Position numbers and translations under genes: made by a program
Assembly (NCBI GenBank): GCA_963797555.1
Contig: CAWCPV010000014.1
Coordinates: 352,001 to 416,000, forward strand
Length of the DNA stretch: 64,000 nucleotides
Direction: 5' to 3'
Source: an uncultured Gammaproteobacteria bacterium
Lineage (GTDB): Bacteria > Pseudomonadota > Gammaproteobacteria > CAWCPV01
The notes under the pieces: generated by a model
Told to the model about the DNA's origin: nothing
The model's database searches: none
The model's input: the letters and a program-made list of their open reading frames with translations, nothing else
Shown: positions 11,419 to 22,482 of the stretch, piece by piece
Layout of the letters: every line of letters starts with the position of its first letter
Numbering within the stretch: position 1 is the stretch's first letter

Positions 11419-11913
11419 ATGTCCTATCACCTTAGGAGTCCGTCTTCAAAAAGTGGCATGGCCGCCTTCGGGCATTGGCTGACGGTTGCCCTCGTGGTTT
11501 GGGCGGCATCGGCACTAGTACCGGCTAGCGACCAAAGCACGGATGCTCGCGCACGAGCCCTTGCAGGTGCTCTGAAGCTCGCGGCTCCGCGCACCGATAA
11601 GGCAGATCTTTACAGCGCCTGGAAGGTCAAGGCGGCGATTATCCCCGATTGGTCCCGGCGCTGCCTTGGCAAGGAGCTGACGCCACAGGAGTTCGCGGCG
11701 AACGCAACGGAGGCTCGTGCCGTCGTTGAGTGTGTCATGGCAAGGCAACTTGACAAGGAGCTACAGCACACCCGCGACGAGACCCTCGCGGTGAGGCGAT
11801 CCGCCGCGTGGTGGATGACCGGGGACCCCGACCAATATGACCAAGGGTCGACCGCCGAGCAAGGTCCTGTTCTACTATCGGGAACTGCTTCCGCAGTAAC
11901 AGCTCCGTGGTAG
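11419..11913 (+). pseudogene. hypothetical exported protein, probable 3' frameshift
   Basis: hydrophobic leader; AAWWMTGDPDQYD; partial near-identical copy at 34490-34655. Confidence 0.5.
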
Positions 11914-12117
11914 GCACAATCGGTGGGACTCCACTACCGGGAGCAAGCCGGGCGTCAGTGGACCGAACTGGCCAAAGAAGCCGGGGTGACGGAGAGGGAG
12001 CTGGATTATCCTGCTTGGCGGTCGAACGCAGAAGGGCTGAGGCAGTGCGCGCGACGGCGACTCTGTCCCAACAAGATGCCTAGGAATGGAGGCGGTACGC
12101 CAGCGCCGATGTAGTTC

Positions 12118-12410
12118 ATGACCATCCTCGTTGGCACCACCTCCTGGACCGACCCCACCCTGATCCAGTCCGGCAGGTTCTATCCGCCCGAGGTTCGCAC
12201 TGCAGAGGAGCGGCTGCGTTACTATGCGAGCCAGTTCCCCATCGTCGAGGTGGACAGCTCCTGCTACGCCCTTCACTCTGCCCAGAACTCCAAGCTCTGG
12301 GTTGAGCGCACACCCGATGGATTCGTGTTCCACGTGAAGGCGTTTCGGCTCCCCACCGGCCACCCGACCCTACCCGAGGCATTCCCCAAGGATCTCCGGG
12401 ACCTGCTGGG
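12118..12410 (+). pseudogene. DUF72 protein 5' fragment
   Basis: ILVGTTSW, FYP, LRYYASQFPIVEVDSS and TPDGFVFHVKA motifs; truncated. Confidence 0.85.
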
Positions 12411-12513
12411 TTCCTGTGGTCCTCCCCGAACCCTTGACCCCTCCAGGACACCTTTGCCATACTGCCTTCCAAGGGACATCATACCAGACGGAGACCATTA
12501 GCTTCAACATTAC

Positions 12514-13773
12514 CAGGCTATTGAAAAATTCCCCGATGCCTTCGGCTACGGATCTCTGATGGTGCCGAATTCAGCGTTGCAAACCCGTTGTGGGACCCGG
12601 GTATTTTCGTCCCCGTTCGGGGCTGTGGCCGCCTTTCGGCGACCAGCGGGCGGATCTCGCCCTATGCAGTGCTCAGTCGCCAGCCAAAGATCGTCGCCAT
12701 GCGCACCAAGTTGTAAGCGGCGAAGGTGAAGACGGTGTGGGCCGTCACCTTGGCGAGGCCCACCAACCGGGTCTTGCGCAAGCCCCCGACGGTCTTCGCC
12801 CAGCCGAAGATCTCCTCCACCCGCTTGCGCACCTTCAGGCTCACCGCATAGCCCGCATGGCGTGTGGTGCGCGTGTCGATGGCGCTGGCCAGCTTCTTCT
12901 GGGCCACGTGCGCAGTGACTCCCCGCTCACGCAGCGTCTGCACGAATTCGGCGGTGTCGTAGCCCTTGTCGGCCCCAAGGGTGGCGCCTGGCTTGACCGA
13001 GCGCTTCACCATCGCCTCGGCGGCCTCGCGCTCCGCGGTGCCGCTCGCTCGGGGGGTCTCCACATCCACCACCAAGCCGGTGCGGTTCTCCATCAGGGCG
13101 TGTCCCAGGTAGCCAAGACGCGCCTTCTCACCCTCGGCTTTCTTGTAGAGCCGTGCCTCCGGGTCGGTGGTCGAGGCGTGGGTATCATTGCTGCGCTTCT
13201 CGCCCTTGAAATCCACTGTGGGGTTGCGCCCGCCCTCCTCAGGGGGTTTGCCCGACCCGTTTTTGGCCACAAAGCTCTTCAAAGACGCCCAGGCCTCGAT
13301 GAGAGTGCCGTCCACCGTGAAGTGCTCCGAGGAGACCAAGCCTTGCCACTCCGCCAGATCCAGCACTTTGCCAAAGAACGAGCGAGCGACCGCTTCGTTC
13401 AGCAGCCGGTCCCGGTTCTGGGTAAAGCTGGAGTGGTCCCAGACCGCGTCGTCCATATCGAGGCCCACGAACCAGCGGTAGAGCAGGTTGTACTCGATGT
13501 GCTGCACCAGCTGGCGCTCGGAGCGGATGCTGTAGAGTGGCATACAGTGCTTCCAATTCGCCAAGCAGCGCACTCAAGAGGCCATCCACCACTACCCGAA
13601 GCTTGCGCAGCGGATGCCCCCGCGGTATCCGGGCCTCCAGTGTGCGGTAGCTGAACAGTGCTGCTTGCGTGATGTCGGCGCCTCGCATCGGCCCCCCCCT
13701 CGGCGGTGCTCGCGTCAAAGCGCGCATTATCCCATGGGCCTGCTACGGGTGCGTGGAGTTTTTCAACATCCTG
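12514..13773 (-). mobile_element. IS5-family element with disrupted transposase (12662-13688)
   Basis: TIRs CAGGCTATTGAAAAA / TTTTTCAACATCCTG; TSD TTAC; VDGT, ADKGYD and RKRVEEIFGWAK motifs; deletion and frameshift near 13540. Confidence 0.9.
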
Positions 13774-13806
13774 TTACGTGGAGCTAATAGACAAAGGAAA
13801 CATCGA

Positions 13807-14211
13807 ATGACAACAAGAGCGGGTTTGTGGATCGACCATAGGAAGGCTATTATCGTGGCTGTTACGGAAAAAGGGGAAGAGATAGGACTGATAATATCGA
13901 AAGTTGAAAAACAGCTCCGCCGTTCTGGTGATTCCGCTCTTAAGGGTCCGTACGAAGCGCACCAAGTACCGGCAGATGACAGCCGCCAGAGAACATTTGC
14001 GGGGCATCTTAACATTTACTACGATGCGGTAATTGCGTGTATCCGTGATGCAGAATCTATTCTGATATTTGGTCCGGGCGAGGCAAAGGGCGAACTCAAA
14101 GAACGTCTCGAAAGAAACAACCTCGGTGGACGCATCGTAGGTATTGAAACAGTTGACAAGATGACGGAGGGTCAGATTGCGGCGAAAGTTCGACGGCGCT
14201 TCCCAAAATAG
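13807..14211 (+). CDS. host-attachment / release-factor-like family protein
   Basis: GLWIDHRKAIIV, ILIFGPGEAKGEL and DKMTEGQIAAKVR motifs; lower GC. Confidence 0.7.
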   Translation: MTTRAGLWIDHRKAIIVAVTEKGEEIGLIISKVEKQLRRSGDSALKGPYEAHQVPADDSRQRTFAGHLNIYYDAVIACIRDAESILIFGPGEAKGELKERLERNNLGGRIVGIETVDKMTEGQIAAKVRRRFPK

Positions 14212-17068
14212 GTTCTTACCGGAATCGTGTGGGTAGATATGCTTACGCTGCGGCAGCCTCTGCCTGAGGTCTGACACAAGATCGTGTGTTGAACGGCGAG
14301 GCCGGCAAGTGGGCCAGGTTGCCCGCGATGAGGTAGGCGATGGTGATGAGCGAGCGCGTGGTGCGGTAGCCTCGGGCGCGGGCTTTGGCGGCCTGGATGA
14401 GGGAGTTGATGCCCTCGGCGCGGCCGTTGGTGAGGCCGGAGTCGAACGCGGCGAGCACACCGTCCCAGTGGTCTTTCAGAGTGGCAGCGAGGTGCTTCAT
14501 GGGTTGCAGGCGGCTACGCCGTGCCCAGCTATACCAGCGCGTGAGCGCGGTCTCGGCCTGCTCGAGGGTGCTGGCCGTGGCGTAGATATCGCGCAGCGCC
14601 TCCTTGAGGCGCCAGGCGCGGGCGGTCTTGAGGCGGGCGCGGGAGAGCCAGTGAAAGTCGGTGAGCTGCTCCCAGGTCCAGTCGTGGGCGTCTTTGAGCC
14701 AGGTCCAGCGGGTGCCCCTGAGGGCGGGCTCGGTCTTGACCTCCTCGCGGCGCACTGTATCGACGGCCTGGTTGGCGAGCTGGATGACATGGAAGGCATC
14801 GAAGCTCACCGTGGCTTTAACGTGAAAGAAGCCGGTTTTTGGGCGTGACGGAGCCTGGCCGATGAGGGCCATAGGAGGGAGGGGGTGAAGGGTTCAGGCG
14901 GCGGCTGGCAGGAAGCCGTAGCGGCTGAGGGCCTTGATCCAGCGTGGGGCGTTGCGTTTCACAAATAGGGCTTCATAGTCAGTGGCCGAATCCCGGTAGT
15001 GTTGGCCGCGCGAGAGCATGCAGAAGATGATACGCAACATCTTGTGGGCCAGAGCGATGATGGCTCGTTTGCGGCCGCGGCGCACCACCAGAGTCTGGAG
15101 CTTCGTCTGCAAGGCGCAGCGGGTACGGCTTGCGGCATGGGCGAACTCGCACAGCAGACGACGCACATAGGGGTTGCCCTTGCGGGTGCGCCCCGATTGG
15201 CGCTTGCCGGCCGACTCGTGGTTGCCGGGGCAGATACCCACCCAGGAAGCGAGCCGCTCGGCATGACCGAAGGCGCTCATGTCGCTACCGATTTCCACCA
15301 GCAGCATGGCGGCACCGATGACATTGACCCCTGGTAGGGTCTGCAACAACAGCAGGCTGTTGGCCTCCTCCTTCAGGCCTTCGAGCAAGCGAGCATCGAA
15401 GCGGGCGATGCGGGCTTCGAGCTCCTCGATGTGGCGCATCAATTCATCGAGGACGAAGCGATGAGACTCGGTCAGGTCCCCCTGCAGGGCATCGAGCAGC
15501 TCCTCGCGGCTCGCCTTCAGCCGGCGGCTGGCCAGGGGGAGGACCTCGTGGGCAGCAGCCCCCTGGATGAGGGCTTTCAGCATGGCACGGGCCGACTGGC
15601 CGTGGATATCGCTCACCACCACCCCCAGGCGGATGCCACCATCGGTGAGCACCTTGTGCAGCCGGTTCTTCTCCGAGGCAGCCAAGCCCACGAGCTTCTG
15701 TCGCTGCCGGGCGATCAGGCGCAGCTCGCGCAGTTTGGCCTTCGGCACGAAGGAGGCGCGCAACAGAGCGGCGCGAGCCAACATGGCCAGCCACTGGGCA
15801 TCGCCGATGTCGGTCTTGCGTCCCGGGACCTGCTTGACGTGGCGGGCGTTGACCACCTTGGCTTGGATGCCGTGCGCCTTCTAGGGCTGCGTAAGGACTT
15901 TTCCAGTAAATGCCGGTGCTCTCCATGACCACCTCCTCCGGGCGAAATCCCGCGCACCACTCCGCGAACGCCCGGCGGTCTTTCTTGAAGGCACCGAATT
16001 GGCGTTGCTCGATGTAGACTTGGCCGTCGGCCTCCTCAAGGATGGCACAGGCGGTCACTTGCCCCTGATGCACATCCAGACCGATGACACGCTTGAAGAT
16101 CGCTACCAGTTCCATGTCGTCTCCCGTCGCAATACACTCAAGAGATGGGAGACGGCGGGTGCCGGACCGAGTGAGCCTGAAGGCGGCAAGCCGCCGACGG
16201 CCTGTTTAACGTGCGCTCTGTAGGGAAGCAATCCGGGGTACGAGTCGGTCCGGCGGGTCACGTTAGGTTGCGGGGTCGAGCCGCCAAAAACTTGCGCGAC
16301 CTCTTCCCGCCGTCTCCCACCCCACAGCTTCTTTCATCCTCTGGGGTGGCGCCAGACGCAATGATCGTTAGGCAGATGCTTGGTCACCCCGGCGAGATAA
16401 GCGGCGGACAGGTCGATGCACACCTGCTCGATGGCCTGCGGGTCGCCCCCGTGCGCCTGGAGGTCGGCGGCAAAGGCCGCCACGGTACTCTGGTCGCGGC
16501 CCTCGCAGGCGAACAGCAGGCGTTTGCCCGTGAGGTCATGGAACAGGCTGATGTAGTGCTGCCCCCGCCGGGCGGCGGTCTCGTCCAGGCCCACGGCGCG
16601 CACCGGGGAGTGGTCCTCCTGGGCGCGGGCCGCCTCCACGTAGTGCTCGAGCACCCCCCACAGGCGCTCATCGCCCACGCCCAGGTGCCGGGCGACGGTC
16701 GCCACCGGCATCGCCTGGCACAGCGTCACCACCAGTGCCTCCATCAGCGCCGTGAAGCCACTCTGTGCGCGCGCCCACGGCGGCTCGACCTGAGTCGTCT
16801 TGCCGCAGCTCTCACAGCGCACTCGCGGCAGATGCGCGTGCAGGTATGCCCGCGACTTAAAGAAGCTCAGGTGCTGCCAGCTGCGCTTGCGGGTATCATG
16901 CACCGGCTGGCCTGGCACTCCGCACGTCGGGCAGGCGAAGCGGCTCCCCTTGGCAAAGGCCACCTCGAGGTCGATGCGCCCAGCCTCGGGGTCAAAGCGT
17001 ACGCCGGTGACTTCCCAAGGCGCCGTGAGGCCCAGACCACCACGATCCACACAATTACCGAAAGAGCC
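14211..17068 (-). mobile_element. ISL3-family element interrupted by IS110
   Basis: ends GGTTCTT / AAGAGCC; 8-bp TSD CCAAAATA; transposase halves with CPTCG, GLDET, IDLS..Y, FDAFHV and EGINS. Confidence 0.92.
14816..16369 (-). mobile_element. second IS110-family element; transposase 14894-16115 frameshifted; ~250-bp upstream non-coding region
   Basis: IGLDVH, MESTGIYW, GRKTDIGDA and ESAGK motifs; removing it restores ISL3 KHLP(N/K)ATVSFD. Confidence 0.88.
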
Positions 17069-17170
17069 CCAAAATAGCTTTGGGCAATAGGATCGAGATG
17101 AAAGCACCTGGCGTTAGGCGAGTATCAGGCTAGGGTGAAGTAGTACGAAATCAAAGGAGGTGACAAGATC

Positions 17171-17374
17171 ATGAACTCACAAATCGTCGGATTGCGAGTG
17201 GCAAGCATTCTGTTTGGGTTAATAGCCATAGCGCAATTAGCGCGGCTCATCATACGGCCTCAAGTGCTGGTAGCTGGCCACCTGCTGCCATTGTGGCCAA
17301 GTGCCGTGGCCTTCGTGATCTTGGGCGGTCTGAGTTTCTGGCTGTGGAGCCTCGCTCGCACGCAGCCCAAGTAG
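17171..17374 (+). CDS. small two-helix membrane protein
   Basis: RBS AGGAGG; two hydrophobic segments. Confidence 0.7.
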   Translation: MNSQIVGLRVASILFGLIAIAQLARLIIRPQVLVAGHLLPLWPSAVAFVILGGLSFWLWSLARTQPK

Positions 17375-17717
17375 GACAATAACCAGCCTGGGCTTACCCA
17401 ATCGGGCAAGGGGGTGTCTAGTCCGGCTCTTAAGCTTTCCCGCCGAGTTGAAGTCGCGGCGCCCGGTGTGACACCCCGTTTTCTATCCCCCGCTTCCTGA
17501 TGCAGAACGCGTCCCGGTGTTGTCAAGGGCGCACTTTCGGTGCACTGGCGCAGCGTCTTCGGCCTCGGAACTGCGAGCGTTACGGCCAATTCGCCCTTGC
17601 CCATCCGATCAGATCGGCATGTTGTCCCCACCCGCGAGGCGGTTGTCGGTGTCCCCGTTGAAGGACGTCCCACCCCCGACTACTCCGACCACGTAGACGT
17701 GTCCGTCGGTGAACCAA

Positions 17718-18764
17718 GAGCTATGCTCGAATCTGGTGTACGGGGCTTGAGTGAGGCGGCGTATCCGGCTGGAATGTGAAGGGACCAGAGACACAAGCCA
17801 GCCGTGGAGGATACGCCGATGGATAAATGATAAAGGAATTATGTAAGAGTGTGAGATGAAGATTTGATAATGAGATTCGAGAAAGTAGTGTGTAGCTGAT
17901 TGCGCAGGCGGTGGAAGCGGAGCTGACCGAATTCCTGGGGCAGTTCCAGGGCGTGAAGTCGTTGGATGGCCGGGCGGCTGTGGTGCGAAACGGCTACCTG
18001 CCAGAGCGTGAGATCCGGACGGGTGTGGGGCCGGTCGCGGTGAAGGTGCCCAGGGTGCGAGACCGCAGTGGGTCAGGCATTCGGTTCCACTCCCGGTGCG
18101 GCGCACCAGGAGCTTGGAGGAGTTGCTGCCTTGGCTGTATTTGAAGGGAGTCTCCACGGGCGATTTTCAGGAGGCGTTGGCTTCATTGCTAGGCGAGCAG
18201 GCCGAGGGGCTGTCGCCTTCGACCCTCAGCCGGCTGAAACGTCAATGGGAAGAGGAGCACCAGCGCTGGGCACGCCGGGACCCCTCAGGCAAGCGCTACG
18301 TGTATTGGTGGGCCGATGGGGTGTACTTCAATGTGCGTGGGGAACAGGCGCGCGAATGCCTGCTCGTCATCGTCGGAGTGACCGAACAGGGCACCAAGGA
18401 GTTCGTGGCCATCGAGGACGGCTTCCGGGAGTCGGAGCAGAGCTGGCTGGAGGTCCTGACGCGGCTCAAGCACCAGGGGCTGAAGGTCGGTCCCGAGCTC
18501 GCCATCGGCGATGGCGCTTTGGGCTTGTGGAAGGCGCTCACCAAAGTCTACGGCCAAACACGCCATCAGCGCTGTTGGGTGCACAAGAGGCTAACGTGCT
18601 GAACAAGCTCCCCAAGAGTCTCCAGCCGAAGGCCAAGAGCGCTCTTCACGAGATCTGGATGGCTGAAAGCCGCCACCAGGCGCAGAAGGCCTTTGAGGCG
18701 TTCCTCGACACCCACCGTGACAAGTATCCCAAGGCGGCACAGTGCCTGGAGAAGGACCGCGAGC
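17718..18764 (+). mobile_element. IS256-family remnant, frameshifted and truncated
   Basis: RNGYLPER, VPRVRDR, YLKGVSTGD, WADGVY, IGDGALG and QRCWVHK motifs. Confidence 0.88.
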
Positions 18765-18985
18765 AACAGCAGGCGTTTGCCCGTGAGGTCATGGAACGGC
18801 TCCGGCCAAGGCCACGAGCTGATCGCGTTGCGGGTTCGTTAGGAACTCTCCTCGTTTACATCGGCGGGCTTCGGAGCATGGCCCGAGGCCCGGTTCTCCT
18901 GCCAAGGCGGCTAGGAGGGACGGAGATGGCCGGGGTCGGTCGTGCAACGCTGTGAGCGAGGAGGCAACGTAGGAGGGAGCCATCG

Positions 18986-19214
18986 GTGAAACGGGCATCG
19001 TCTGTCATGATCATCTTGCTGCTTGTGGCGACGGCCGGATATGCACATGACGCCTCAGCAACAGCGTACCCTCAGCGGGGGCGCCATCGGCGCGGGGGCT
19101 GGAGCGGCGCTTGGCGCAGTGGTCGGCGGAAACCCAGCGGCAGGAGCCGCTATCGGGGGTGCGGTGGGCGCTGCCGCTGGGGCGCTGTGGAAAGACTTGC
19201 AGAGAGGGTTTTAG
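18986..19214 (+). pseudogene. glycine-zipper exported protein, frameshifted
   Basis: signal peptide then shifted GGAIGAGAGAALGAVVGG repeats. Confidence 0.7.
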
Positions 19215-19365
19215 GTAGCCCCGACCCGGGCCCCGACCCCGTTCGCGTGGCAGTTCGAATCAGGGCGGCGGAAGAGGTATCGGGTGCGCGCTGCACCTGT
19301 GCCGGAGCGGCCGGGTGGCTTCGACCTCGCACCGCAGGTAGGTCGCTTTTTCGATGGTCCCGCAC

Positions 19366-19832
19366 ATGCGCGCCATCATCCTGGTTCTTCTGCTAACCCT
19401 GCCGGTCCTCGCCGGAGCCACGGACTATGTCGGCAAGGTGATCTCCGTCCACGATGGCGACACCATCCGCGTCCTCTACCGCGATGGGGAGCTGAAGGCC
19501 GCCTGGAGTGCATCGACGTGCCGGAGCTGAAGCAGCCTTATGGGAATCGGTCCAAACAGGCCCTCGCAAACATGGTGTTCGGGCGCACCGCACGTGTGGA
19601 TGACCACGGACGGGACCGGTATGGCCGGCTGCTGGGTCGGGTGATCTACCGGGCGATCGATGTGAACGCTGAGATGGTCGGGAGGGCGCGGCGTGGGTAT
19701 TCACCCGATACTGCCATGACCCGGAGCTGTACCGCGCCGAGAGGGAGGCCAGGGACGCCCGACGCGGACTGTGGACGCTGCCGGCGGCTCAGAGAGCCGT
19801 GGGAGTGGAGGCATCGTGCGCGCTCACAGTGA
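19366..19832 (+). pseudogene. thermonuclease (SNase) family protein
   Basis: VHDGDTI, ID.PELKQPYG, DRYGRLLG, RRGLW and PWEWR spread across shifted frames. Confidence 0.85.
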
Positions 19833-20117
19833 AGGCTGGCCCGGTCCGGACCCCGATGCGGAGTACGGTGGGAACCGGCGGAGAGAAACCCGCGGCAGCC
19901 CGCTTGGCTCTCTCTTTTCGACTGGCCGCTTCCGGCCCAGCGCGTAACACCGGCCGGCGGCTGTAGTACCGTAGTACCCGATGGCTGTCGGAGCTAACGA
20001 GCGGGTACTGAGGGGTGGTCACTGTTGCTTGCCAGTCTCCCCTTCCACCGGTTCACTCGCCTGGAGCGGCTCATTGTCCCGCGACCCTCATACGACCCGA
20101 TACGATTCAGCTTGCCG

Positions 20118-21378
20118 CTACGGCGCGTGCACATTGAAGCCGAGCGAGCGCAGGCTTTTGAGGGTGCGGCCATTGCAAATCGGCACATCTTCGCTATTGA
20201 CCCATCCATAGGTCTCCTGGACGCACATCTCGCCGAAGTGCTGAAGCTGATACTTCGGATCGAAGATACAGTCGGCCATCCGCACCACGTGGTCTGAAGG
20301 CCCGCCGTGGAGCAAGTGGGTCAGTGTGGACTTGATCCTCGGGATGCCGTTGTCGTGGATGAACTGAAACCGCATAGTCGGGTAGCCACCGATAGAACCG
20401 AAAACGATCGTGGAACGCATGGACGCACAGCAATGCCTGGTAGATCTCGTCCTCCGTTGCGGCCTCAATTGCGGATGCGCTGCCTAGCGCAGACGTGATT
20501 CTGGGATAGGACTGCGGCACAATGGTGTCCGTCAGCCATTGCCAGCCATGGGCGATGAACTCCTCAATAAGATCGTGAATCCGTCCTTCTTGCTCCGCCC
20601 CCGTAGGGAGGGGCGCAGACTAGTAGCTGTCTCCCACAGCGTAGTTCTCCCGGATGAAACTGAACCATTGGTCGATCTCGATCCTCAATGGGAAGGTGGG
20701 GGCGGTGATGCGCTTGCCAACCGAAGTGTAGACTCGGTAGACGACGTCGTAGGCAGCTCGAAAGCTCTGGTACCGCCGCCTGTACGCGTCGAGAAACTCC
20801 TGCCGTCGCCCTGGCTTGGGGAGCCCACGCTCGATATTGGTAAAGGCGTGCCGCCCCAATGCATCTATTACGGCAAAGTCGATGCGGCTATCAGGCTGAG
20901 CAGCGTTGCGCCTAACAACCTGTGCAAAACGGGCGAGGACTTCGCCGGCCAACACCTTCGCCTCCTCCCAGTACGCCACGAAGAGCCGCACCAGCTCGTC
21001 AAAGCGAGGGTCATCAGGCCCAACTGCAACTAGGACCTCCGTGTTCGTTTTGATGCCGGAATCGGTCAGGTTCGCGGAGCCAACGAGGGCACACGCCGCG
21101 CCGAAGATATAAAGCTTGGGGTGAAAGCTCTGATCTGTGAAATAGCGGGCCTGCACACCATGCCTGCCGACGAGTTGCTTGAGGTGCTCGGCTGATGTCG
21201 CAGCTCCGAGGCGCACGACCAGTCGCACGCGGCAGCCCCGATCGAGGAGGTCGATGATTGTATCCGCGGCTGAGAAGAACGCTGAGGCGATCAGCACGTC
21301 GCAAGATCGGCCGTACCGGGCGAAGGCGTTATAGGCGAAATCCTTCTTCGCAGATCGGTTCGTGTACAGACCGTCCAT
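20118..21378 (-). pseudogene. PLD (HKD-like) nuclease-domain protein of restriction-endonuclease type
   Basis: SAFF and FHPKLYIF..VGSANLT motifs; internal stop at 20620 and frameshift near 20390. Confidence 0.8.
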
Positions 21379-22165
21379 CAGCCCAGTCTCAGATTATCCG
21401 ACCCCCCCAGCCTTCCCCGGATCTTAGGACCCCCCGCCTACCGCAACGCTGTTACCGTGTGGTTATGGACCCAGGTCGCCCGCACAAGGGCCTCATGCGA
21501 CATCTCCGGTGCTGATTCTAAGCCGAGACACATGCTGTTTGCGTCGTGGCGTCTACACTGCAATGCGTGGTTAGTCGGGGATATCGATGCCTGGCTCGCC
21601 GCGCGGCGCTCGCCCAAGTAACAGGGGTGATATATGCCGATCACCTCGACGCCCGGACGGCGGGACGGGCAAGCTACGACCGCCAAGAGAAGAGCACCTC
21701 TTCTCCGACCACACAGCAGGCGGGAATAGTTCCGCTCGCCGACGACCAGCAGGCGAGCCAGGCCGGCGCCCCAGCCGGGAGTGCAAAGGTCGACGCGGCC
21801 GTCGACTCGACTGACCCCGAAGTCATCGGCCGCTGGTGGATGATCCGGTCCGCACAGGCAAATGTGGCGATGCGCACCAGCGCCGAGTCGGACATCGTCA
21901 CCATCGACCCCGACCTCCACAAATCTGGCGCGCGCGAGGCCCTCTCCGGGCTGCGCTGGCAGCCAACCCGCACGCACCGGACAGCGGCTATCACTACCTG
22001 CATCGACACCCCCGCGGCCGGGGACTGCTGGAGCCTGAGCGCCCCAAACCCTCATCCCACGGCAACAGGGAGGACCGCATACCCAAGGGCAAGCGCAACG
22101 CAACGCTTGCCAGCATGGCAGGCAGCATGCGCAGACGCAGCATGTTGCCGACATGGTTCCTGCCA

Positions 22166-22482
22166 TGAGCCCTATCGGTCATATCCCAGGGTACGACCTG
22201 CACCGCTACGGCCGGCGCCGCATCGACCCGCGCGATCTGCCGCCCGCCGAGCAGTATTACCGCTCCCGTCTAGGGAAACTTGCGCGCGGCAACGGCGGTT
22301 GGTTCTACGCGTGTTGCCCATTCCACGAGGACGCCCACCCATCCCTCGCCGTCAACCTGGTTCACGGGGGGTTCGGGTGTCACGCATGTGGGGTCAAAGG
22401 GGGAAACATCGCCGCCTTCGAGGCCGCCCTGAGCGGGATCAGCTACGGGGAGGCGCTGCGGCGCCTGGTCCAGAGGGTATGA
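22166..22482 (+). CDS. CHC2 zinc-finger (primase-type) protein
   Basis: CPFHED.HPSL..GFGCHACG.KGG. Confidence 0.85.

Noticed and set aside
17820-17895. AT-rich stretch replacing the IS256 transposase start
   Set aside because: Looks like low-quality consensus or a scrambled junction; no structure found.
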